A stretch of DNA of 64,000 nucleotides from Chiloscyllium plagiosum (GCF_004010195.1 NC_057718.1:64653123-64717122), one strand, 5' to 3'; counted from the first letter of the stretch, positions 12,493 through 27,270 are shown. Notes: generated by a model from the sequence alone, not told the origin. Numbers and translations are program-made.

Positions 12493-13434
12493 CAATATAC
12501 AGAAGAAAAATAACTGGTGGTTGAGAAAAATCGAGCAACATCTCACCAGTGTCACAAATATATTACCATGAGCTTTATGTGTGAAACACAACTTGACAAC
12601 TACTCAGGGACATCGCAGCGAAATCTGTGGCTCGTGTTACAAATCAGAAAAATATACAATGGGAGAGTTATTTTCGAGTACATCAACAATAGCTGAGAAA
12701 TTTGTTGGTATTACATCCATTTTTAAAGAGGCATATAAGTGCCCTGTTCATCTCACTTCCTGTCTCACTCTTGACTGTGCTGACCAACTAGATTCATATC
12801 TAAACAAGCTATTCCTCATTTTTCCCTAAACTTGTGAGCTACCTTGAAGCCATGACTGGGACTCAGAACTCTATTTTTGGGAATAAGTACAATTGACTGG
12901 CTTAGATTTTGACTCGGGTACATGAGGCCAATTTTTGATAATTCTGCTACCACTTCCATTTGGCACAAGCAATTTGTGCCGCACCAGGATGATAGCCTGA
13001 TTTGAGAGGTATCCAATTATTAGCTTATAAAATTAAATATATATTTCAAGAGAGGAAACCTTTTGGAAATCTGTTGATCCTTGGTATTATCAGATTTAAT
13101 TAATGCTCCCTACCTCTGAACTTAATTCAACGTGCAGAGAATGATTTTTATAACATAAACATCTCCACAAATTAGCTCAGACAACTCAGGGAAGAATAAG
13201 TTCTGATCAGTCTCGAGATTGTAAATATTTACCAAGATACATGGCAATCCACTATTTAATGTACTTATGACAGTTACTAAATTGAAGAATTGGGAAGATA
13301 ATTTTGTCCATGTTTCCAGATTGCAAAACTGCATCTATGTTTTTTATAAGAATTTTACAATTTTATTACACATTGACCACAAAGGAAATTTTTCTGAAGA
13401 AAGCATGCAGAGGTCCAGATAAGTCTTCATTCAT

Positions 13435-14500
13435 AGAAATTAAGAGCAGAAGTAGTCCATTCAACATTGACCCTGCTGGAACATTCAAGATGAGGATGGC
13501 TGATCCTCGATCTCATTGTCATATTTCTGCTTTCTCCTAACACCTCTTGATGCCTTTAAAATTTAAACATTTATGTATCTCTTTCCTGAATATGTTCAAT
13601 AACTTGACCTCCACAGCCTTGTATGGTCAAGAATTTAAGTGGTTCACTACTATCCAAGTGAAGAAATCTTTCTTCATCTCAGTCCTAAATGATCTAGTCC
13701 ATATCCTGAGATTGTGTCATTGGTTCTATACTGCACAACTTAGGAAAACATCATCTCTGCATCTAATTTTTCCAGACCTGTTAGTATTTTACATGTTTTA
13801 ATCAGATTCCCTCTCATTCTTCTGAACTCTAGTGAAAACAGGCTTTTCATAGGGCTGGAAATGTGTTGCTGGAGAAGCGCAGCAGGTCAGGCAGCATCTA
13901 GGGAACAGGAGAATCGACGTTTCGGGCATTAGCCCTTCTTCAGCCCTTCCCTAGATGCTGCCTGACCTGCTGCGCTTCTCCAGCAACACATTTCCATCTC
14001 TGATCTCCAGCATCTGCAGACCTCATTTTCTCTTCTCATAGGGCTGTCCTGCTAACCCCAGTATCAGCCTCCACTGCTCTCCCTCTATGGCAAGTGCCTC
14101 CTTGCTTAAGTAGGGAGACCAAAACTGTATTTAGTACTCTAGCTGTGGTTTCACCGAGGCTCTATATAACTACAGCGAGACATCCCCACTTCTGAACTAA
14201 AATCTTCTAGCAATGAAGACCAATTTACCATTTTCCATCCTAATTGCTTGCTGCACTTTTATATCTATTCCATTGACTGGTGTACTAGGACACAGAGATC
14301 CCTTATACATCCACGCTTCTCATATCACAATTTATTTTTCTATTTTCCATACTGAAGTGTATAACTGTATATTTAGCGGTATTGTACTGGATCTGCCCTG
14401 TGTTTGTCCACTCCCTCGAGTCGTCTCAATCATCTTGAAGCCTCATTGCATCCTCATTACAGCTCAGATTCCCAACCAATTTTGTGTCATCAGCGAACGT
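13435..14500 (-). mobile_element. CR1 LINE 3' fragment (interrupted by the palindromic element at 13854)
   Basis: CR1 RT C-terminal and 3' UTR motifs on the minus strand. Confidence 0.75.
13854..14035. mobile_element. Penelope-terminus palindromic insertion with intact hammerhead core on the minus strand
   Basis: TSD TCATAGGGCTG at 13847-13857 and 14036-14046. Minus strand CTGAAGA-a-gggc-taat-gccc-GAAA-c-GTC at 13943-13916. Confidence 0.88.
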
Positions 14501-15879
14501 CCTCCTGAACTGTTCCCCTTTCTGTTCATATCTGAGCCACATGTTCCATGCTGGATATCTGTTGAAGACAGGACTTTACATTAGACCTTAGATTTCTCTT
14601 ATGCTAAATGATTTTATTCAAGTCTTAAAAGTGATCAAAATTTGCCTATAATCATGACTTTAAAAATTATCAATAGATATAAAACGGGATTATACAGTAT
14701 TGTATTTCTTTGTGTGTGCAATGTCTATGAACTGATGCATATAACTGATCATATGCAAAAGGAAATTAAGATGATTTTGTATCCAAATACATGTGCACAA
14801 GACACACACTAGGTGCATCATACCAAGCATAAGGAATTATTAATGTGCAATTAAGATGCTTCACAATTGATCATGAATTGATTAATATACATATAATTTT
14901 GCACAAAATGGTCAATTGTTCCAGTCTCTTGTTTACAAAAATCTGGTAGATGCAAAATGTTAAATGCAAATATAAATGTTAATTTATAAAACAATGAAAT
15001 TACTTATTAAATGTATAATCTATCAAAAGACACCTATTACTTATTTACATTTAAACTGCAACTGTGATAAGTTTTTGTCTGCACTTTTCCTATTATAAAA
15101 TGCAGTTGACTCTGTAGACATGTATGCTTGATTTACACAGTTAAGATTGAAACTTAGAACTGCCACATGTCAAACCTGCCTTTTTCACTCTGCAGAATTT
15201 TAAACCATTAAACATGTTTTGTTTTTTTGAATGCATAAATTTCCCAAGCCAAACAAAAAAAATGCTATAATCACAAGATATTCTTGATGAACCTTTTCTA
15301 ATGTTCCATGCACAGGTTAATGTCCATTGAATTTTAGCTGAGGATAAGCAGGACATTTTAGAAACAATGGATTTGATTTTATATAATATATATACTTTCT
15401 TGTGTTTATTTTTGAATTTTTGATTGATTTACTAAATCAATTTCTAAATGGTCTGTGTTACACAATTTAAAATTAGACTGGACTTGTGTATAATTTATTG
15501 GGAAGCTCAACCGAAGGTGACCAGAGTCTACATACTGCTTTTTAATAACTGGTAACCTGGTTAATATGATCCTTTAACTGAGCTGTCATTTTTGTTCCAT
15601 ATTTACTGATAGCAAATGACTACTATTTTAGGTGGATAGCCTGCACAAATAATTATATTCATAAATTTCCATTACTACATATAACGAAGTGAATGTTTAG
15701 CCAAATTTTTAAGATGCCAATCATTGATGTGTGATGCCTTTGCTGACTTAATAAACTAGTTAAATTTAATATTTCTATCTGATTAGTTTGAATAAAGATC
15801 AGTTTGAATAAAGAGTGTCTCAGTATTGTTGTAAATGTATACACAGTAATGTCAAGATTACAGATGTCTGCTATAGAAG

Positions 15880-16560
15880 GGTTAAGTGTGATCTTATGAA
15901 AGCGTTTTAAAACCAACGTAAGACAACCAAATAAATAATAAAGGGACAGAAAATAAGTTTGAAGAAAATTGCAAGTAATATCAAGATTGACAGCAAGAGC
16001 TTCTTTAAATATATAAAAAGAAAGAAAGAAGTCAAAGTGAACATATGTTCCTGAGAAAACAAAGTTGAGGAACATTGGGGTTCTGCAAAGTGATCTCAGG
16101 TATGGAGGATCTATTTTATGAGAAGTTGAATAGATTAGACCTGTACTCATTGAAATTAGAAGAATAAAAGGCTACCTTAATGAAATATAGAAGATTCTTA
16201 TGGGAATTGGCAGGCTGTACGTGCAAATGTTGTTTCCCTCTGTGAGAGAGTCGAGAATTAGAGGAGATAATGTCAGATTAAGGAGTTGCTCATTTAAAAC
16301 AGAGATAAGGTGGAATTTCCTCTTTCAAAGGGTAGTGAATCTGTAATTCTTTACTGCGGAAGGCTGTTAAGGTTGGATTGTTAAGTATATGCAAGGCTGA
16401 GATAGACAGATTTTTAATCAATAAGAGAATCAAAGGTTATGGAAAAACAGCAGGAAAGTGGATTTTTGGATTTTCAGGTTAGCCATGACCTCATTGAATT
16501 GTGGAACACACTCAATTGGCTGAATGGCCCATTTCTAGTCTGATGTTTTAGGGTCTTAAG
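15880..16560 (+). mobile_element. CR1 LINE fragment
   Basis: RLDLYSL..RRIKGYL..E.YKIL and typical CR1 3' UTR. Confidence 0.75.
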
Positions 16561-17559
16561 TTGCACAAGCTCCAGGCGCTCAGCCTTTCTGCCATGCCCA
16601 AGAAGCCTGTGAGTTTTGCGAACATCTCACTTGCATTGTTCACGGCAGGTTCCTGTGCTGCCTCTCATAATTTTCAGCAACTCCCTTAATTTTGGAGGTT
16701 GCATGTAAGTTGCCCTTTACTGACAAGTTAATGGTTATTATGAATGTGTGTTAATTGATCAATCAATGTTGTTGACTCATTCGGTGGGTTTGAACATTGT
16801 ACTTTAGAACTCAGAATGTCAGAAGTGAGATGTGGGTTCACTCACCTGCAGTTTCCATTCCAACATCGCGGCATGAAGTACCACTCTGATGTCTACATTT
16901 TAACTATGCACCAAAAGACCTCACTCTTTGCCATTGATCTTTCCACTGAGGGAAGCACACTTAGTAGATCACTCTATTATGAGATATTTAAATGCTATCC
17001 TAGCATGCAACTCGATAACATTCACTGTCACTGTCTTAGTCACCAAAATTGGAAACTAATAAACTGGTTAGGGCCTATTATTTACCAAGATCCTTGTACA
17101 GCTTCTTCTAAACACATGAACACTTACATCTAGAAGGACAAGGGCAGCAGTTACATGGCAACACCCACCACCTGCAAGCCACGCACCATGCTGACTTGGA
17201 AATATATCACCTTTTCTTCAGTGTCACTAGGTCAAAATCCTGGAATTGGCTCTCTAACAACATTGTGAGGCACATGTATAGCACATGGACTGCAGCAGTT
17301 CAAGAAGGGAACTCACCACCATCACATTCTTAAAGGCAACTAGGGAAAAGCAATAAAAATGCCCACATACCACAAATTAATTTTTATAAAATTTCATGTC
17401 ATGATATCCCCCATCAAAGTCTCAAAGAGTGTCCCTATGTCTAACATAAAAGAGACATTTAATAATTGAGAATTCATTTCCTACCCTGTTTTTAAAGATT
17501 TCAGATCTTTAGATTAAGTGATCGGAATGTGAGAATGACAAAACATTGGTGTGTCTAAC

Positions 17560-18115
17560 TGCCAGACTGGAAAGAACAGGTAGTCTCACGGGGTGGGGGA
17601 GGGGAGAGAGGGTGACAGAGAATGTGACAAGGAAAGCTAAAAGAAAGGGAAAGAATGTGTTCACAGTTTGAAAGCGTTGAACTCAATATTGAGCCCAAAG
17701 GTTGTAAACTGCCTCGCTTGAAGATGAGATGTTGCTCCTCCAGTCTGTGCAGTGATTTGCTGCAGCATTGCAACATGTCAAGGACAAACAAGTGGGCATG
17801 TAAGCAAGACACTGTTAAAATGATCAATTACGGGAAGGTCAAGGTCATGCTTGTGCACATACCAGAGGTGTTCTGCAAAGCGGTCACCCAGTCTGTGTTT
17901 AGTTTCTCCAATCTTGTACTTAATCTGAACTATCAACATCCTTTGTCCCCCAGCACTCCAACATCCCCCCCTCCCCCCACTCCACACTACTGCATAAATG
18001 CTGCCCCCTCCATGCTTCACTTCAGCTCTGATAAAGAGTCATCTAGACTCAAAACTTTAACTTGCTTTCTCTCCGTGGATGCTGTCTGTGATTGTCAGCA
18101 TTTTTTGTTTTCAGT
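17560..18115. mobile_element. Penelope 3' fragment: GIY-YIG end on the minus strand joined to an inverted terminal repeat
   Basis: Minus strand encodes IGETKHRLGDRFAEHL and LEEQHLIFKRGSLQPLG. A plus-strand terminus with degenerate hammerhead lies at ~18025. Confidence 0.8.
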
Positions 18116-18799
18116 TAATGTTTCTTTCTTAACATTAATAAGCCAGTTAATAACTTCTCCAACTTCTTTTTATTTTCATTGATCTCTTGCACCCTTTGTG
18201 GAATTTCTTAATGTTCCTTAAACCACACCAAAAAAAATTACAAATTGACAGAAAAACTCTAGCCTTACCTCTCTGCCTTTATAGTTTTACTGATGCTGAT
18301 CTGTCGTTTTAATTGGAAACCTGAGTGCGGAACAAATGACAGCTTCTTCCTCAGGCCAAGCCTGTCATAAGCTCAATCTTGGGAAGGTGGAACCACAAAC
18401 CACCAAGGTCCTCAGCCATGAGAAGTAGCAGAACTTCACAGATTTCTACTCGGAAACATTATAACTCTGTTGACCTGGGCTTTCCTCTCTGTCTTTCTAT
18501 CCCCATCCCCCAATCAGTTGACTGCTGGAGATCCCTGACTGCAGCCACCTGTCTCCCACGTTTCATTTCTTTCCATCTACATAACCGTTATCATTAGGTT
18601 CAAATGGACGTTGGAGCCTTGTAGTCCTCATCCTGGCCCTCAAATGAAAGGATCCTGCTTCACAATGAAATCTGGATAGTGTTCATTCCATTTGCTTTTC
18701 TTATGTTTCAAAACTATCTATGTGAAGTGCATTACCTATTCCTGGAAGCCACGAGGCCATGTGACTTATAGGCAGTGATAGCAGGCCATTCCCTGAATT

Positions 18800-19012
18800 C
18801 AGCCTCCTTTCTCCCCAACACTCCAACCAACACTCTTCCCCCTCCACTATTGCATAAAGGCTGCCCCCTGCACACTTCATTTCAACTCTGATAAAAGGTC
18901 ATCTGGACCTGAAATGTTAGCTAGCTTGCATCCATGGATGCTGCCTGACCTGCTGTGGTCTCCAGCATTTTTTTTGTTTTCAGTTCAGATTCTAGCATCT
19001 GTAATAATTTGT
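18800..19012 (+). mobile_element. Penelope terminal repeat with degenerate hammerhead
   Basis: CTGATAA..aggtc/gacct stem..GAAA-t-gtt starting at 18888; homologous to 17940-18115. Confidence 0.7.
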
Positions 19013-20976
19013 TCCTAATGAAAAATTAACAATATGTTTGGTTTGAACAACAGTATGAAGCAAAATCTCATCTTACAGGTGAGATAGGAAGGATCAGGAA
19101 CTATTTGCAAGTCACTAGTGCCAGTCATATTAGAATTGCCAATTCTCAAAAATGTCAACTCTCATACATGGAAATACAAATCAAACTTATCCAACATGTC
19201 TTACCTTCAATCCTTTAAGGTGTTGTACTATGTTAGAGAATGTATTCTACAAGTAGCCAATGCCCAATATATCTACCTTGTAATTTTATTATTCAGTACT
19301 GCATGCAGTTCTCCAAATGGGTTCTGATCAAGACTTCGTGGTCGTAGAATTCAGCAGCTTTGTGGACTAGTGCTATGAAGACTTAATTGGAGCCACCTTC
19401 AGTTTTGTTAAGCCTTGGTCTCCCAGTTAGAACATGTACAGTTGGTGCCCTTTTAGTTGCATATTTAGAATGGACAGTTAGAAACGTGAGAACTAGAAGA
19501 ACGTGTAAGCCTTTTGGTATCTCAAGTCTACTCCGTCATTCTATTGCCTCTACTCCTTTATCCTTCATTCCCTTTTCAAACAAAAAGTGGAGAGTATTCC
19601 ATCACACTCCTGACATGCATCTTTAAGATGATGGACAGGTTTTGGAAGGTCAAGAGGTGAATTACTTGCCACAGGATTCCGAGCTTCTTTTGTGCTCTGT
19701 AACCACAGTATGAATATGTCTGATCCAATTTAGTTTCTGTTATTGACTGGCATCTGTGGGGCACAAATGTTATTTGCCACTTTTCAGTCCAAACCTAGAT
19801 ATTATCCTGAACAATGTGCAAACAACAGCAATCACCCCTGCTTCTGACCTTATGGAGGGAAGGTCATTATGAACCAACTGAAGTTGGTTGGGCCTAGGAC
19901 ACTACCCTGAGGAACATCTACAGAAATGTGCTGGAGCTGAGATGTAGAAACACAGGAAATTGGAGCAAAAGTAAATCATTCAGACCATTAAGCCTGCACC
20001 ACTATTCAACCAGATCATGGCTGATCTTCTACCTCAAAGTTCCCATACTATCCTCATATCCCTTGATATCATAAATACCTGGAAATCACTGAATGGGAAA
20101 GTGGGTTTTAACTGGTACACACATCTAACATGCAGTGAAACAACATGTTTCAAAATGACTGTCATTCACACTAGAAGGGCAGTCATGCGATGAATGTGGT
20201 TCACAAGTGAGCAATTAGAATGATTTAGAGAATTTAATTCTTGACAAGTGACTCAAAAACTGAACTGATTTTCATGGCAGAAAGAAATAATGGAAGATGC
20301 GAGTGAAATTTAAGTTGAAAATCAGATGACAATGACAAAACCAAAGAAAAACTAGAGTTTGGAAGAAATGACAGTATCTGTCCTTTCCTTCCAAAATGCT
20401 GTGAACAAGACATGATTTGGTAAAAATATGCTGGGAGAGAAAAACGCAAATTTCAAGGTGGGAATAGAGATGGTTCAGAAAAATAAACATTCTCATCATG
20501 AGCCCAGATGGGACTTAAAAATTCAAAACTTCCCTCGATTCATCAGGATGCATTCTGAGTAGGACAAGACAAAAAAAAAAGCTTTGGTAGATATCAGGTA
20601 CAGAATGCTGCAGAAATCCTGCAGGAGGATGGAAAGTGCATGGAATATATCAAGTACTTCCAACCTAAATTTAAGGAGACTGAGTAAGAAGTTTGTAGAC
20701 GAAACAAAAATTGACCACATGGTTAAGGAAGAGAACTGCAGAGTGCAGGAAAATATCAATGGACTGATCAGGTGGCCAAATAGAGCTTGAAACTAATTTT
20801 TGGGGAGGTGGTGGTGGGGGAGGAGAGGGGGGATATTCAGTTGTGTAGAAAGTTAGGAAATCAAAGGTAAAGGAGAAGTTAGGAATGCAGCTTAGTGATG
20901 AGGCTGATTGTTACCAAAAAATAGCAGGAAAAAACTGCACTAAGGAATCAAAAGACTATCGGGAAATTTGGGAATA

Positions 20977-21253
20977 ATTGTAACATGACCTGCCAACTCA
21001 TGTACTCAATACCCCATGCATGACATAAAAGCATGCCAGATGCCTTCTTGACCACTCTATCGACCTGCGTTGCCACTTTCAGGGTCTCTCTGTCCATCAA
21101 TTTTCCCCAGCGCTTTTCCATTTGCCATATAGTTTGCTTTAGAATTGGGGATCTTCCAAAATGCATCACCTCACATTTGCCCAGATTGAACTACATCTGC
21201 TATTTCTCTGCTCAACTCTCTAATCTATCTATATTCTGCTGCATTCTCTGACA
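20977..21253 (-). repeat. local duplicate of CR1 segment 22363-22663
   Basis: Near-identical to 22363-22663 apart from an internal deletion. Confidence 0.75.
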
Positions 21254-21624
21254 GCAGCTTTGTATCTGAATACATGAACCATTTAGAATGGAATGAATAT
21301 GTTTATAGTGTAAATCGAGACAAATGGGTATGATTTGATGGCAATTACTGAGACATGATTCCAGGTAGACCAAGGGTGCCCCCTCAAATGGGGCACCCTC
21401 AAAGGAGTCTTATTTCTATGAGATGGATTGACCATGCAATCTGCATTCAGTGTCTCTAAAGCCTGTAATTTTAGTCAGTTTCAAATCATTCAAATTAACC
21501 TGTACTTATTTGCAGAGGAAGAAATGTTACACAAATGCCACAGCATTTAGTTTGGTTAATGTTGCAGACTAATGATTTAAAAACTAAGATTTTGTTCTAT
21601 ACACAGTTCAAGCAGCTGGAACAG

Positions 21625-24530
21625 AAGAACAAAGAACAAAGAAAATTACAGCACTCGGACAGGCCCTTCGGACTTCCAAGCCTGCGCTGACCCAGATCCT
21701 CTACCTAAACCTGTTGCCAATTTCCAAGGATCTGTATCCCTCTGCTCCCTGCCCATTCATGTATCTGCCTAGATACATCTTCAATGATGCTATCGTGATT
21801 GCCTCTACCACCTCCGCTGGCAACGCATTCCAGGTACCCACCACCCTGTGCGTAAAGAACTTGCCATTTATATTTCCCTTAAACTTTTCCCCTCTCACCT
21901 TGAACTCGCGATCTCTAGCAATTGAGTCCCCCAGTCTGGAAAAAAGCTTCTTGCTATCCACCCTGTCCAAATCTCTCATGATTTTATAGACTTCAATCAG
22001 GACCTCCTCATCCTCCGTCTTTCTAATGAAAATAATCCTAATCAACCTTTCTTCATAGCTCCATACCAGGTAATATCCTGGTGAACCTCCTCTGCTTGCC
22101 ATTTATATTTCCCTTAAACTTTTCCCCTCTCACCTTGAACTCGCGATCTCTAGCAATTGAGTCCCCCAGTCTGGAAAAAAGCTTCTTGCGTCTTTCTAAT
22201 GAAAATAATCCTAATCAACCTTTCTTCATAGCTCCCTCCATACCAGGTAATATCCTGGTGAACCTCCTCTGCACCTTCACCAAAGTATCCGCATCCTTCT
22301 GATAATGTGGTGACCAGAACTGTATGCAGTGTTCCAAATGTGGCCGAACTAAATTCTTATACAATTGTAACATGACCTGCCAACTCATGTACTCAATACC
22401 CCATGCGATGACGTAAAAGCATGCCAGATGCCTCCTTGACCACTCTATTGACCTGCGTTGCCACCTTCAGGGTACAATGGAACTGAACACACAGATCTCT
22501 CTGTACATCAATTTTCCCCAGGGCTTTTCCATTTACCGCATAGTTCGCTCTGGAATTGAGATTCTTCCAAAATGCATCTCCTCACATTTGCCCAGATTGA
22601 ACTACATCTGCCATTTCCCTGCCCAACTCTCCCATCTATTCATATTCTGCTACATTCTCTGACAGTCCCCTTCACTATCTGCTACTCCACCAATCTTAGT
22701 GTCATCTGCTAATCAGACGACTTACGCCTTCCTCCAAATCACTTATGTATATCACAAACAACAGTGGTCCTAGCATGGATCCCTGTGGAACACCACTGGT
22801 TACAGTTCTCCATTTTGAGAAACTCCCTTCTACTACTACTCTCTGTCTCCTGTTGCCCAGCCACTTTTATATCCATCTAGCTAGCACACCCTGGACCCCA
22901 TGTGACTTCACTATCTCCATCAGCCTACCAAGGGGAACCTTATCAAATGCCTTACTGAAGTCCATATATGTGACATCTCCAGCCCTTCCCTCATCAATCA
23001 ACTTTGTCACTTCCTCAAAGACTTCTATTAAGTTGGTAAGACATGACCTTCCCTGTACAAAACCATGCTGTCTATCACTAATAAGTCAATTGTCTTCCAA
23101 ATGAAAATACATCCGATCCCTCAGTATCTTCTCCAGCAGCTTCCCTACCACTGATGTCAGGCTCACCGGTCTTTAATTACGTGGATTATCCTTGCTATCC
23201 TTCTTAAACAATGGGAGAATATTAGCAATTCTCCAGTCCTCCAGGACCTCACCTGTGTTCAAGGATGCTGCAAAGATATCTGTTAAGGCCCCAGCTTTCC
23301 TCTCTCACTTCCCTCAGTAATCTGGGATAGATCCCATCCGGACATGAGGACTTGTTCACCTTGATGCCTTTTACAATATCCAACACTTTCTCCCTCCCTA
23401 TGCCGACTTGACCGAGAGTAATCAAACATCTATCCCTAACCTCAACATCCATCGTGTCTCTCGGTGAATACTGATGCAAAGTACTCATTAAGAATCTCAT
23501 CCATTATCTCTAACTCCACAAATAACTTTCCTCCTTTGTTCTTGAGTGGGCCAACCATTTCTCTGGCTACCTCTTGCTCGTTATATACAAATAAAAGACT
23601 TTGGGATTTTCCTTAACCCTGTTTGCTAAAGATATCTTGTGACCCCTTTTAGCCCTCTTAATTCCTCGTTTCAGACTGGTCTACTTTTCCGATATTCTTC
23701 CAAAGCTTTGTCTTTTTTCAGCCACCTAGACCTTATGTATGCTTCCTTTTACCTCTTAGCTAGTCTCACAATTTCACCTGCCATCCATGGTTTCCTAATC
23801 TTGCCATTTCTATCCCTCATTTTCACAGGGACATGCCTGTCCTGCACTCTAATCAACCTCTCTTAAAAGCCTCCTACATATCAAATGTGCATTATTCCTC
23901 AAACAGCTGCTGCCAATCCACATTCCACAGCTCCTGCCAAATTTTGCTTTAGTTGGCCTTCCCCCAATTTAGCACTGTTCCTTTAGGACCACTCTCATCT
24001 TTGTCCATGAGTATTCTAAAACTTATGGAATTGTGATCACTATTGCCAAAGTTATCCCCTACTGAAACTTCAACCACCTGGCTGAGCTTATTCCCCAACA
24101 CCAGGTCCAGTATGGCCCCTTCCCGAGTCGGGCTATTTACATACTGCTCTATAAAACTCTCCTGGAGGCTCCTTACAAATTCTGCTCCAACTAAACCTTT
24201 AACACTAAGTGAATCCCATTCAACGTTGGGAAATTAAAATCTCCCATCACCACCACCCTGTTGCTACTATATTGTTCCATAAACTGTCTACATATTTGTA
24301 CCTCTATCTCACGCTCACTGTTGGGAGGCCTGTAGTATAACCCCAACATTGTTACCGCACCCTTTCTATTTCTGAGCTCTGCCCATATTGCCTCACTGCT
24401 CGAGTCCTCCATAGGGCCCACCTTCAGCACAGCTGTGATATCCTCTCTGACCAGTGATAGAACTCATCCACCCCTTTTACCTCCCTCTCTATCCCGCCTG
24501 AAACGTCTATATCCTGGGGTATTTATTTGA
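21625..24530 (-). mobile_element. long CR1 LINE (endonuclease plus RT fragments, 3' tail)
   Basis: Minus strand encodes LGLYYRPPNS, VVVMGDFNFP, GPD-like and PQGS motifs, and a (ttctttg)-type tail at ~21625-21645. Frameshifted. Confidence 0.9.
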
Positions 24531-25696
24531 CCTCCTATAATGCTTGTATTTGCTTTTGTTTTGAATAAATCTCTCAATTGTTGAAAGGAACATTTGGTGC
24601 CAAAATAATCAATACTGTGCCATCAAGATATATTTTTTCTCACTCCACAAAGTCAAATGAAAGACAATGAGGAATAATTATGATTGTGGTGCTGAGATCC
24701 AACTCTCATTTTTAAAACAAAAGACTGGTAGTAATTAGTTGCTTTAAGATCTCTGTTATCAAACATAAACAATTCGAAAAGAAGTTCAAGCAGAAATGTG
24801 ATAAAACTATAAGATTGTATTATAAGCAGCATTGATGTTCTCAGCTTCAAATCTGTTCAGAACATAATGGACGTGAATTCTTCTGCCCTTGAGTCTACTC
24901 ACCTTTCAGTGAGATCATGGATGATCTGCAACCGTACTCTATCCAGCTGTGTTGGCTTCAATTTTCCCGAATAAGGAAGTGGTGTTGGAGTTGAAAATGT
25001 TAAGAGATATCCGATCCTCCTTAGAAAACATACGCAACGAACAGCACATTGCGGGTTCAGCACATAGGACTCAGCAAATGAGCTCAGCACATAGGACTCA
25101 TGACTCTTTCACCTTTCTCCATGCAATCATTCAGTACTGGACTTTACTACTTTTCGAGTAGTTAGGAATCAGGCTTTTCTTTTACCTACCTGCTTTATCA
25201 TTGTATTGTTCACCATCTCCATCTGATCAATATTAAATCTTACTGAAGGATCATGTGTCACACATAGCAGAGCTCCCATTGGTGTAAGTCAGGGAGCCAC
25301 TCTCGTCACTGTAGGAGAAAAGGATAGGGTATCCATATAGATTGCTGATTTCAGATGTTTACTTCCAATCAGTCTATAGGTGTCTTTAAACATGCCACAG
25401 TCATGGACAGTGGAACAACGGGAGGAGACATGCCTAATCTTGTTTCAAATTGGACACTGGCAAGTTGGAGAAGACCTAAAGAAGAAAATGTGTTTCTTCT
25501 CTCATCAAGTGTGGGACAATTTTCAGTGAATATGATGATGGCATTAGGTATTGTGACTAAAAATGATCATCCAGCAAAGATTCCTCATTGCCAGATGCCA
25601 TCGATCACTGGGAGGAAGTCCAGGATCACCTACAGAAGTCTTTACGACAAGGTGTCATCCAAGAGTCACCAATTTTGTACGCCTCCTCCACTTATT

Positions 25697-27270
25697 CTGA
25701 AAGTGGATAAATCACTGGACCAGATGGACTACATCCCAGAGTTCAAAAGAGGATAGCTGAAAAGATAGTGGAGGCATTAGAGTGATCCTTCAGGAATCGC
25801 TAGAATCAGGGAGGGTCCTGGAAAATCGCTAACATAGCACCCCTATTTAATAAGTGAGTAAGGCAAATGACAGAAAATTACAGGCCAATTAGCCCAACTT
25901 CGATCGTAGGTAAGATTTTGGAGTCTATTGTAAAGGATGAGATTTCTGAATACTTAGAAGCGTATGGTAAAATAAGGCAAAGTCAGCATGGTTTCATCAA
26001 GGGAAGGTCATGCCTGACAAATCTATTAGAATCCTTTGGGGAGGTAATGAGCAAGTTAGAGCAAGGAGAGCCAATGGGTGTTATCTACCCAGACTTCAAG
26101 ATGGCCTTTGACAAGGTGCTGCACAGGAGGCTAATGAGTAAGATAAGGGCCCATGATGTCAGAGGCAAAGTGCGAGCATGGATAGAAGATTGGCCTTCTG
26201 GCAGAAAGCAGAGAATGGGGATAAAAGGGTCTTTCTCAGGATGGCAACCGGTGACAAGTGGTGTTCCACAAGGGTCAGTGTTAGGACCACAACTTTTCAC
26301 TTTTTAGAGATTAAAGATCTAGATGAAGGAACTGAGGGCAGTTTAGCTAAGTTTGCAGAGAGACAGGTAGGCTTTACCATTGAGGAGGCAGTGAGGCTGC
26401 AGAAGGATTTGGAAAAGTTAGGAGAGTGGCAAAGAAGTGGCAGCTGGAGTACAATGTGGGAAGCTGTGAGGCCATGCACTTTGGTAAGAATAAAAGCATG
26501 AACTATTTTCTTAGTGGGGAGAAAACTTAGAAGTCTGAAGTGCAAGGAGACTTGGGAGTTCTAGTCCAGGATTCTCTCAAGTAACCTTGCAAGTTGAGTC
26601 AGTAGTTAGGAAGGCAAATGCAATAATGGCATTTAATTTGAGAGAACTAGAATATAAAAGCAAGGATGTACTTCTGAGGCTCTATAAGACTCTTGTCAGA
26701 CCATATTTAGAGTATTGTGTCCAGTTTTGGGCCCCATATCACAGTAAGGATATACTGGCCCTGGAGCGGGTTCAGGATTGGTTCACAAGAATGGTCCCAG
26801 GAATGAAAAGATTAACATATCAGGGAATCTAATCTAATCTAATATCAGGAACGTTGAGGACTCTGGGACTATACTCGATGGAGATTAGAAGGTTGAGGAA
26901 TACCCGATAAAACTTATAGGATATTGATTGGCCTGGACAAAGTGAATGTTGAAAAGATATTTCCATTAGTAGGAGAGACTAGGACACAGCCTTAGAGTAA
27001 AAGGAAGATGTTTTAGAACGGAGATAAGGACAAATGTCTTCAGTCAGTGGTAAATCTATGGAATTCACGGCCACAGAAGTCTGTGGAGACCAGACCATTG
27101 AATATATTTAAGACTGAGATAAATAGGTTCTTGATTGTCAAAGGGATCAAGGGTTATGGAGAGAAAGCTGGAGAATGGGGTTGAAAAACCTATCAGTCAT
27201 GATTGCATGGTGGAGAAGACTTGATGGGCTGAATGGCCTAATTTCTGCTCCCATGTCTTATGGTCTTACA
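25697..27270 (+). mobile_element. CR1 LINE RT fragment with 3' UTR
   Basis: [46 protein letters not shown]. Confidence 0.92.

Noticed and set aside
15659..16150. 163-aa ORF, and other long ORFs such as 17655..18182, 46671..47270 and 52986..53558
   Set aside because: Antisense or off-frame readings of CR1 and Penelope fragments or AT-rich DNA; no coherent protein.
25057..25101. Short direct repeat tcagcacataggactca, two copies
   Set aside because: Simple local duplication with no further structure.
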